A stretch of DNA of 64,000 nucleotides, from IMG/VR virus record IMGVR_UViG_3300031759_000010, one strand, 5' to 3'. A program made the position numbers and the translations under genes. This DNA comes from a virus. A model generated the notes under the pieces. It saw only the letters and a list, made by a program, of their open reading frames with translations, was not told the origin of the DNA and made no database searches. Below are positions 42,856 to 48,486 of this stretch, piece after piece. Position 1 is the first letter of the stretch, and every line of letters starts with the position of its first letter.

Positions 42856-43320
42856 TTATATCGTATCCAATTGATCAACCGATTTTAATTCATAGTCTGA
42901 TGCCAATCTAACTCCTCGCACTTGATTGTTGGCTGACGGCTTGAATCTCAAGGCAATATCCCTTTTCAATTGTCTCAATAAATCTGGTCCGAATAGATAG
43001 AACTTCCGATCATTCGGTTCGTAAGCTACGAGTGCATCTACTTGATTTTCGTAGCTACGATGAACAACTTTTCCGTGGTCAGTTGTATTATTTACAAATG
43101 ATACCGAGAATGTCTTACCATTATTACGCCATGTTGTTTTTACCTGCACTCGTAGCAGTCGTTTTCCAGTGTCTACGATCATATCGTAGCGGTGGCGGTC
43201 TCCAAGTGGAACAGATACCGCTAATCCTTGTTCAACACACCATAGAGCAAACCTCATCTCAGATATGTCGCCTGTCTGCTTGGTGTTAATTTTTGTTGTC
43301 GCGTTAATCATCGAACTCAC
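42856..43320 (-). CDS. PD-(D/E)XK endonuclease, I-Ssp6803I-like (PDDEXK_5-like)
   Basis: GDISEMRFALWCVEQGLAVSVPLGDRHRYDMIVD...LLRVQVKTT follows the E...D...QVK pattern of that family as I remember it. Sits between the two halves of a tRNA gene. Confidence 0.55.
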   Translation of the reverse strand: MSSMINATTKINTKQTGDISEMRFALWCVEQGLAVSVPLGDRHRYDMIVDTGKRLLRVQVKTTWRNNGKTFSVSFVNNTTDHGKVVHRSYENQVDALVAYEPNDRKFYLFGPDLLRQLKRDIALRFKPSANNQVRGVRLASDYELKSVDQLDTI

Positions 43321-43395
43321 AACCTTTCCATTATCGATGGAATCCTATTCCAAATTTATCTACGCTACAATCATATAACACATTACTCCTGTATA

Positions 43396-43430
43396 CCGAA
43401 CGCTCTAAGCCATCGGTGAGCTAATCCGGC
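43396..43430 (-). tRNA. 5' half of the same split tRNA gene (acceptor 5' strand, D arm, anticodon-stem 5' strand)
   Basis: Minus strand: GCCGGAT-TA-GCTC-ACCGATGGCTTA-GAGC-G-TTCGG, followed by TATACAGG... and the endonuclease ORF. Confidence 0.6.
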
Positions 43431-43435
43431 AAACC

Positions 43436-43511
43436 TGGTGCGGAGTGAGGGACTCGAACCCCCGACGACCTGCTTGTAAGGCAGACGATCTAGCCGCTGA
43501 TCAAACTCCGC
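43436..43511 (-). tRNA. tRNA-Val (TAC)
   Basis: Acceptor GCGGAGT/ACTCCGC, D arm GATC-AGCGGCTA-GATC, anticodon arm TCTGC-CTTACAA-GCAGG, T loop TTCGAGT, CCA. Confidence 0.8.
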
Positions 43512-43584
43512 AAAATACCCTAAACAACTTATAACTTAGGCGTATACATCAAAAAACCGGAACACGCCCAAGATACAAAGCAAC

Positions 43585-43661
43585 TGGAGCTGCCGACAGG
43601 ACTCGAACCTGCCTTATCCACCTACGGTGTTCGCCTTCGGAGGGCGACCCGGTACGGCAGC
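43585..43661 (-). tRNA. atypical tRNA-like gene, Arg (CCG)-type anticodon hairpin, no recognisable D arm
   Basis: Acceptor GCTGCCG/CGGCAGC, T arm GCAGG-TTCGAGT-CCTGT and CCA are canonical. The only good internal hairpin, TCGCC-CTCCGAA-GGCGA, starts 7 nt after the acceptor and is followed by an 18-nt segment containing the mini-hairpin CACC-GTA-GGTG. Confidence 0.4.
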
Positions 43662-43665
43662 AAAC

Positions 43666-43742
43666 TGGTGGTCGCAGGAAGAGTCGAACTTCCGGCCTAC
43701 GGTTTAGGAAACCATCGCTCTATCCGTCTGAGCTATGCGACC
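43666..43742 (-). tRNA. tRNA-Arg (CCT)
   Basis: Acceptor GGTCGCA/TGCGACC, D arm GCTC-AGACGGATA-GAGC, anticodon arm ATGGT-TTCCTAA-ACCGT, T arm GGAAG-TTCGACT-CTTCC, CCA. Confidence 0.8.
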
Positions 43743-43759
43743 AAATCTGGTGATCCTAA

Positions 43760-43834
43760 TGGAAGACCTATCCCGGATCGAACGGGAATCATTCGCTTAG
43801 AAGGCGAGGCTCTATCCCTTTGAGCTATAGGTCC
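43760..43834 (-). tRNA. tRNA-Arg (TCT)
   Basis: Acceptor GGACCTA/TAGGTCT, D arm GCTC-AAAGGGATA-GAGC, anticodon hairpin TCGC-CTTCTAA-GCGA (4 bp plus a C-A mismatch), T arm TCCCG-TTCGATC-CGGGA, CCA. Confidence 0.65.
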
Positions 43835-43836
43835 AT

Positions 43837-43915
43837 TGGTGAGACGGGTGAGATTTGAACTCACGTTTATGACGACTTAAAAGGTCGTTGCCGAACCAGA
43901 CTAGGCGACCGTCTC
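43837..43915 (-). tRNA. tRNA-Lys (TTT)
   Basis: Acceptor GAGACGG/CCGTCTC, anticodon arm ACGAC-CTTTTAA-GTCGT, T arm GTGAG-TTCAAAT-CTCAC, CCA. Confidence 0.75.
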
Positions 43916-44500
43916 TCGTAAATTCTTGGTATATTCTCTGTTTGCTCTTGTACAACCATCGCAATGCCGAAGACCGCGACGAGCTTCTGCTAAGTATCCC
44001 GACCTTGTTCCGTGCTGAATTTCAAGCAGTTTTCTCGGACCACCGTTGTTCTTCTTTTGATATTTACGAACGCAATCCTTGCAGTCAGATGCTAAACCAT
44101 CCCAACGGCTTTTGTTCTTGCTGAACATCGCAACTGGCTGAGGCTTTTTGCAGGTTGAGCATCGTTTTGTCCCGTCTTCTTGGAGAGCGTTTCTGTACCT
44201 GCCGGATTGTTCCGCGCAATTCTGCATCTGTGAAACAATCCTTATGTTTCCAAGTTCGTAGTGACCAGAATCGCCAATCCTTGCCGCGTTAGGTGTAACG
44301 TCAGGATTCTCTTTTTGAAACTTCTCGTATTCAGGGATGGCCCATTTCAGCCATTCATCCCACGTCATTCGTAATTCCACATTCGCGTAAGAGGGGTTCT
44401 TCCCATCTTTATTAAGACACCTTTTCAACATCCCATAATACGCTGCTTTTGCTCGATAAAGAGGGGTGCGATGAATCTCCGGGCTTTTGTAGGCAATCAT
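43901..44500 (-). CDS. putative HNH_3-type homing endonuclease
   Basis: GDSGHYELGNIRIVSQMQN resembles the HNH_3 core. Cys pairs CSTC, CKDC, CDGC. The last 15 nt overlap the 5' end of tRNA-Lys(TTT). Confidence 0.5.
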   Translation of the reverse strand: MIAYKSPEIHRTPLYRAKAAYYGMLKRCLNKDGKNPSYANVELRMTWDEWLKWAIPEYEKFQKENPDVTPNAARIGDSGHYELGNIRIVSQMQNCAEQSGRYRNALQEDGTKRCSTCKKPQPVAMFSKNKSRWDGLASDCKDCVRKYQKKNNGGPRKLLEIQHGTRSGYLAEARRGLRHCDGCTRANREYTKNLRETVA

Positions 44501-44535
44501 GTCTTAAACTTAAAATAATCTTGCCTACGTGTCAA

Positions 44536-44611
44536 TGGTGGATGCGGAAGGATTTGAACCTTCATCTTCACGGGTAAGGGCCGTGCATACTAGCCGTTGT
44601 ACTACGCATCC
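44536..44611 (-). tRNA. tRNA-Lys (CTT), C at position 33
   Basis: Acceptor GGATGCG/CGCATCC, anticodon arm CACGG-CCCTTAC-CCGTG, T arm GAAGG-TTCAAAT-CCTTC, CCA. Confidence 0.7.
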
Positions 44612-44613
44612 AC

Positions 44614-44708
44614 TGGGGCCGGAAGAGGGAATCGAACCCGTCTCGCATCGGTAATCTACCGACAACTACAAGGCTTATAAGACCTCGCGGCAACCTATGC
44701 TTTCCGGC
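44614..44708 (-). tRNA. atypical 95-nt tRNA-like gene, anticodon loop CTTATAA (TAT), long extra arm
   Basis: Perfect acceptor GCCGGAA/TTCCGGC, C73, CCA, and T loop GGGTTCGATTCCC. Anticodon hairpin GAGGT-CTTATAA-GCCTT, extendable to 7 bp. Extra arm TCGGTA-GAT-TACCGA. The D stem and outer T stem do not pair canonically. Confidence 0.4.
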
Positions 44709-44822
44709 AAAACTGCTGTTGTGCGATCCGGCCCTTACATCGGAAAAGATGCAGGATATTCCGGTTACTCGCTAGTCAGGCTCTCGCCCTTCTGCTGCCG
44801 CGTTTCACCCGCACAACAACCT

Positions 44823-44895
44823 TGGTGCCGCACGGGGGAAACGATCCCCTACTCCGTCTGCTTTATGAGGGCAGCGTTCCTCTTGGATATGCGGC
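44823..44895 (-). tRNA. tRNA with CAT anticodon (Met or Ile2-type)
   Basis: Acceptor GCCGCAT/GTGCGGC, anticodon arm CTGCC-CTCATAA-AGCAG (one C-A mismatch), T loop ATCGTTT, CCA. Short D region. Confidence 0.55.
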
Positions 44896-44900
44896 GAGTC

Positions 44901-44971
44901 TGGCGCGGGACCGGAGAGTCGAACTCCGCACGGCGGCGTTTGGAGTGCTGCCTGATCTCGGATCGTCCCGC
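44901..44971 (-). tRNA. tRNA-Trp (CCA), compact
   Basis: Acceptor GCGGGAC/GTCCCGC, G73, T arm CGGAG-TTCGACT-CTCCG, anticodon loop CTCCAAA in a stem with two A-C mismatches. Small D arm. Confidence 0.5.
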
Positions 44972-44987
44972 ATTTTCAAAGAGCATT

Positions 44988-45011
44988 AAAAAACCCCCAC
45001 CTGAGTGGAGG
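44988..45011 (-). terminator. intrinsic terminator inside the minus-strand tRNA array
   Basis: Minus-strand sense CCTCCAC-TCAG-GTGGGGG (7-bp stem), followed by TTTTTT. Confidence 0.6.
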
Positions 45012-45138
45012 TCTGGTGGTGCCAACACGCAGACCCCTAAGACACGACTCCCCAAATGACCCGCTTGGTCATCCTGGTTATCGGTTTGGTCTTGGTCATC
45101 ATGTTGTTAATCTTCCCATGGATGGGCTGCGATGTCAA

Positions 45139-45229
45139 TGGTGCGTTCGGCAGGATTCGAACCTGCAGCGTCCTCAAAGAGGATTCCGGGTTACAGCCGG
45201 ACAGTGTCCACCGTCTCACCAGCGAACGC
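45139..45229 (-). tRNA. tRNA-Tyr (GTA), type II
   Basis: Acceptor GCGTTCG/CGAACGC, A73, anticodon arm TCCGG-CTGTAAC-CCGGA, long variable arm CCTC-TTTG-GAGG, T arm GCAGG-TTCGAAT-CCTGC, CCA. Confidence 0.8.
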
Positions 45230-45235
45230 ACAATA

Positions 45236-45322
45236 TGGTGGAGGGTAATGGTATCCATCCATCATCCCTTACGGGAGCCACGGTGTTCAGGACCGTTTGC
45301 CTCAGCATCGGCGGTACCCTCC
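45236..45322 (-). tRNA. tRNA-Ser (TGA), type II, C at position 33
   Basis: Acceptor GGAGGGT/ACCCTCC, anticodon arm ACGGT-CCTGAAC-ACCGT, variable arm TCCC-GTAA-GGGA, T arm GATGG-ATGGATA-CCATT, CCA. Confidence 0.65.
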
Positions 45323-45327
45323 AAACT

Positions 45328-45414
45328 TGGCGGTAGCGGCGTGAGTCCAACACGCAACGGCTTTCACCGTGTCCGCTTTCGAGGCGGGTGGGCTTGGCAA
45401 TGCCCAACGCTACC
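45328..45414 (-). tRNA. tRNA-Ser (CGA), type II
   Basis: Acceptor GGTAGCG/CGCTACC, G73, D stem GGGC/GCCC, anticodon loop CTCGAAA, variable arm ACGG-TGAAAG-CCGT, T arm GCGTG-TTGGACT-CACGC, CCA. Confidence 0.75.
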
Positions 45415-45415
45415 G

Positions 45416-45501
45416 TGGAGGAAGGCAGGTCACTCGAAGACCAGTCCTTACGGACCTCATCGCTTTCCAAGCGAGACCACAACCTCAGTGGTTTACCTTC
45501 C
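45416..45501 (-). tRNA. tRNA-Ser (GGA), type II
   Basis: Acceptor GGAAGGT/GCCTTCC, anticodon loop TTGGAAA, variable arm GTCC-GTAA-GGAC, T loop TTCGAGT, CCA. Confidence 0.7.
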
Positions 45502-45506
45502 CAAAC

Positions 45507-45593
45507 TGGCGGAGAGCCGAGGTCTTGATCCCCACTCCCGAAGGAGCCATCGGTTTAGCAAACCGCGCCCATGCCCTGACGGGTTGACTCTCC
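45507..45593 (-). tRNA. tRNA-Ser (GCT), type II
   Basis: Acceptor GGAGAGT/GCTCTCC, G73, anticodon loop TTGCTAA, variable arm CTCC-TTCG-GGAG, CCA. Confidence 0.7.
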
Positions 45594-45658
45594 AAAATAT
45601 CTACTGCATCGACATATCACCAAAACATGTCGATTTTCTGCCCATCTTTCGACGTATT

Positions 45659-45739
45659 TGGTGCCGCACGTCAGAATCGAACTGACAAACAATCAACAGT
45701 TTTTGAAACTGTCCGCTTTACCTATTTGCGTAGTGCGGC
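45659..45739 (-). tRNA. tRNA-Leu (CAA)
   Basis: Acceptor GCCGCAC/GTGCGGC, A73, anticodon arm ACAGT-TTCAAAA-ACTGT, T arm GTCAG-TTCGATT-CTGAC, CCA. Confidence 0.75.
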
Positions 45740-45746
45740 ACAATTT

Positions 45747-45838
45747 TGGTAGGCGTGGTGGGGGTCGAACCCACAGGTGACCGTTTAGGGTACGGCAGTT
45801 TCTAAGACTGCTGGCTGATCCAATTCGCCGTCACGCCC
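45747..45838 (-). tRNA. tRNA-Leu (TAG), type II
   Basis: Acceptor GGGCGTG/CACGCCT, A73, anticodon arm GCAGT-CTTAGAA-ACTGC, long variable region, T arm GTGGG-TTCGACC-CCCAC, CCA. Confidence 0.75.
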
Positions 45839-45914
45839 ACGTTTTTGTTTTTTCTTCCACTCGTTAATAGTAAAATTGTGAGCTTTCTTGCAAGCATCAC
45901 ATCTGCACCCACGT

Positions 45915-45988
45915 TGGAGAGCGCGAGAGGAATCGGACCTCCGTAAACGGCTTTGCAGGCCGCTGCATGACCACTCTGCCACGCGCTC
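45915..45988 (-). tRNA. tRNA-Cys (GCA)
   Basis: Acceptor GAGCGCG/CGCGCTC with U73, anticodon arm GCGGC-CTGCAAA-GCCGT, T arm GGAGG-TCCGATT-CCTCT, CCA. Confidence 0.8.
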
Positions 45989-45989
45989 G

Positions 45990-46064
45990 TGTGGGAACCG
46001 GGAGTCGAACCCGGAGACAACGGTTTTTAAGACCGTCCGCTCGATCCATTCGGCGTGTTCCCAC
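45990..46064 (-). tRNA. tRNA-Leu (TAA), short variable loop, no encoded CCA
   Basis: Acceptor GTGGGAA/TTCCCAC, A73, anticodon arm ACGGT-CTTAAAA-ACCGT, T arm CCGGG-TTCGACT-CCCGG. Confidence 0.7.
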
Positions 46065-46099
46065 AAAAGAAAAACCCTCCAAACCTTTCGGCTGGAGGG
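46065..46099 (-). terminator. intrinsic terminator between the leftward small-gene unit and the tRNA array
   Basis: Minus-strand sense CCCTCCA-GCCGAAAGGTT-TGGAGGG, followed by TTTTTCTTTT. Confidence 0.6.
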
Positions 46100-46221
46100 C
46101 GCTTCCTCACGAATCTCTTATCGTGTCAGGCGCACCCATCCCCGCAGGATGACAGATACGAACTGAGCGACAAGTTCTTCATGTGTTCCACCTTCTCACA
46201 AGAGCAACCGCATGACAAGGT

Positions 46222-46665
46222 TTATTTTTTGGGATCCATCGCCGCATCCCCAAATCCTGCTGCCCGCATGCTATCCCGGCCGCGACGATAGGCTTCGAGG
46301 ACATTGTGATTGTAGATTTTCATGTGTTTCAACGCGGGCCAGGGATTGCCGTCATCCCACGCATCATCGACAAACAGGTCTTTTACCGCGTCGGCTCCTG
46401 ATTCGTCCACGGGAACGTCATACATTTCCCGCTGCCATTTCTGAATACACTTTTGGATAAATTCGCTTGGCGGCAGGCAGCTAAAATATGTCCAGAATTC
46501 TCTTGCCTGGCTCTCGCTCGGCACGATTGGGTTCTCTGACTGCCAGCGAAGAGCGGCTTCAACGATTCCCCTTACCGAGCTTTTCGATCTCGCTCCAGTG
46601 GACTCCCACTCTACCTCAGCCGCCTTCAACATCCCCTCGGGTACCTTGATCTTTTTCGCCGTCAT
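46222..46665 (-). CDS. hypothetical protein
   Basis: Track ORF 46222-46842 trimmed to Met 60, after AAGGGAGA. Confidence 0.45.
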   Translation of the reverse strand: MTAKKIKVPEGMLKAAEVEWESTGARSKSSVRGIVEAALRWQSENPIVPSESQAREFWTYFSCLPPSEFIQKCIQKWQREMYDVPVDESGADAVKDLFVDDAWDDGNPWPALKHMKIYNHNVLEAYRRGRDSMRAAGFGDAAMDPKK

Positions 46666-46685
46666 CCCATCATCTCCCTTGCTCG

Positions 46686-46967
46686 TCAATGCAAAACAAT
46701 CTTTTTCCCTGTTTGCGCGGTGAGCCTTGCCTCGTAGCGACCAACCTCGCGCTCCACCTCGTCGGCAAGCTCCTTCCAGTATTCCTCTATCGTGATGATG
46801 CCCTTTCCGATAAGAAGGCGCAGCAGCGCCGTGTTCTCGCAAAGCGCCGAGTTGACGCCGACGCGCAAATGCTTCGGCTCCGCATCCTTTGATCCCAACT
46901 CCCTCTCTGCCGCCACACCGGCCTGCATGGCCTGCATGGCCTTTTCATAGCGATCCCTGTCGCTCAT
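46686..46967 (-). CDS. hypothetical protein (93 aa)
   Basis: Track ORF. GAGGAGG ribosome-binding site. Confidence 0.5.
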   Translation of the reverse strand: MSDRDRYEKAMQAMQAGVAAERELGSKDAEPKHLRVGVNSALCENTALLRLLIGKGIITIEEYWKELADEVEREVGRYEARLTAQTGKKIVLH

Positions 46968-47353
46968 CGATCCTCCTCAGTATTTCTTCCCGTTTGGTTT
47001 AAGGCGCTCCTCGCGCGTGTGGTCCTTGCGGGTAAGGTTGTAGGCCATCTTCTCCTGAAACGCCCCACCCAGGTCAATTCTGAGCCCGCAGACATATCCA
47101 GGATGCGGATCAGGCAATCCGCCATCTCGACCTCCAGCATTGTCCGGTGGGGCAGCTTGTCATCCATCAGGTTCTTGCGATGACCCTCCATTGCCTCCGC
47201 CAGCTCGGACACGCAAAGCATGAGCATCTCGCCGACATTGCGCTCGACGGGTTGACCTGTCTCCAGATCCACCCACCACTTTTTGTTGTTTTCATGAACC
47301 TCTTCAGCGAGGCTGTTGATCTTTTCTGCGGACGTCATGGTCTCCTCACGCAT
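46964..47353 (-). pseudogene. MazG-like NTP pyrophosphohydrolase with apparent frameshift
   Basis: EMLMLCVSELAEAMEG...EVEMADCLIRILD is the MazG EExxE/D core. The family-typical C-terminus IDLGGAFQEKMAYNLTRKDHTREERLKPNGKKY is encoded in another frame from about 47078 to stop 46977. Confidence 0.6.
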
Positions 47354-47906
47354 AGATGTATTTCTCCCAACAGCTATCCTCTTCGAGCCCCACCAGCCTC
47401 AGCAGCGCCCTGGAGGTGTGAATGGTCAAGCGCCTCGGCCTCTTGATCAGCTTCATGTCGGCCTCCTCGGGAGTTCTGTCGGCCTTCTTGTGGTTGCAGA
47501 GATGGCAGCAGGTGACCAGGTTCTCCCACTTGTTCTGGCCGCCCCTCGATTTGGGAACGATATGGTCGAGCGTCATTCTCAGGGACGTCTTTTTCCCTCC
47601 GGAGACGACAATCTCCCCTGCCTTCCGGCCGCAATACTGGCACACCTTCCTGTCCCGGGAGTAGATGTTCTCGCGGGTGAGCATGGTGATGCGTATGGGG
47701 ACTTTTGCCAGATGAGCCAATCTGATCACGGAAGGAAGCATGATCCCCGGGTACACCTCCCGGCCGTAGTCCTCCACAATGACGCAGGCCTCCTTGACGT
47801 AGAGCGTGATGGCTCTACGCGCGGAGCACACTGCAATCGGCTCGTAGGATGCGTTCAGCACCAGGCAGGCCTTGTGGATGCTCATACCAGCTCCCTTGAG
47901 TTCCAT
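47346..47906 (-). CDS. HNH endonuclease (McrA-like)
   Basis: CQYCGRK...LDHIVPKSRGGQNKWENLVTCCHLCNHKK. Confidence 0.8.
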   Translation of the reverse strand: MELKGAGMSIHKACLVLNASYEPIAVCSARRAITLYVKEACVIVEDYGREVYPGIMLPSVIRLAHLAKVPIRITMLTRENIYSRDRKVCQYCGRKAGEIVVSGGKKTSLRMTLDHIVPKSRGGQNKWENLVTCCHLCNHKKADRTPEEADMKLIKRPRRLTIHTSRALLRLVGLEEDSCWEKYIYA

Positions 47907-48175
47907 GATTCAGCGCGGTGTTTCTTGTTGGCAATGGATTTGGGGACGACGAGTGTCGAGAGGCCATGGGCGCAGCATCCGGCGTTGATCATGCCCGGAC
48001 CCGCGCAGTTGCATACCAGCTTTGCCTTGGCCTTGTACTCGGCGCTCTTGGGGTGCAGCAGGGACATATCCGCCAGGATCTGCCTCTTCTCCTGGTAGAT
48101 CAGCTCGATGCGGATCGACTCTTCCGAGTTTTTTTTTCCTCGCTGCTCAAAGTAGCTTTCTGTTGTGGTGTCCAC
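47882..48175 (-). CDS. hypothetical protein (97 aa)
   Basis: Track ORF. Confidence 0.4.
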   Translation of the reverse strand: MDTTTESYFEQRGKKNSEESIRIELIYQEKRQILADMSLLHPKSAEYKAKAKLVCNCAGPGMINAGCCAHGLSTLVVPKSIANKKHRAESWNSRELV

Positions 48176-48435
48176 TATGTGATCCTCATGGGGTTGAGCG
48201 ACTTGAGGGGCGAGTTTTCCAGCATGGCGCGTTTCATCTTTCTTCTCTCGCGCCTGCGGGCCGAACGTTCCTTGCGCTGCACAATCTCCTGCTGGGCTTC
48301 CTCAATGCAGAGGCAGTCGCATCCGACGTTCTGGCATCCGCCCTCTTTGTGGTCCCGGTGCCAGCACATGTAGCAGATTTGCTTGTGCGTGAGAGGATCT
48401 TCCTGTGTTGGATTCAGGATCCAATTGTGTTCCAT
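48175..48435 (-). CDS. hypothetical Cys-rich protein with basic tail
   Basis: Track ORF. CYMCWHRDHKEGGCQNVGCDCLC. Confidence 0.45.
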   Translation of the reverse strand: MEHNWILNPTQEDPLTHKQICYMCWHRDHKEGGCQNVGCDCLCIEEAQQEIVQRKERSARRRERRKMKRAMLENSPLKSLNPMRIT

Positions 48436-48486
48436 GTTTCCTCCATTCGACGACCATCGTAAGTACGGCGGAAGGGGTTGTCAAGA

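Noticed and set aside
42856-43395. A straightforward self-splicing group I intron call for the tRNA insert.
   Set aside because: Only about 75 nt are non-coding and the ORF stop abuts the exon. I also could not reconstruct a canonical anticodon loop from the flanks. Reported as an open question instead.
43760-43834. Possible amber-suppressor tRNA (loop read as TTCTAAG, anticodon CTA).
   Set aside because: That register needs stem TCGCC/CGAAT, which does not pair. The only real helix, TCGC/GCGA, encloses CTTCTAA, giving anticodon TCT (Arg) with normal U33 and A37.
45012-45138. Another tRNA or a small membrane-peptide gene (MTRLVILVIGLVLVIMLLIFPW...) in the gap next to the terminator.
   Set aside because: No T loop or acceptor pairing found. 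The ORF has no ribosome-binding site and runs straight into tRNA-Tyr on the opposite strand. Only a 10-nt direct repeat (CTTGGTCATC x2) stands out.
44697-46166. Track ORFs across the minus-strand tRNA array (44697-45059, 45056-45685, 45785-46066 and others).
   Set aside because: They are read through consecutive tRNA genes. Only the 45839-45914 portion looks protein-derived, and I treat it as an endonuclease remnant.
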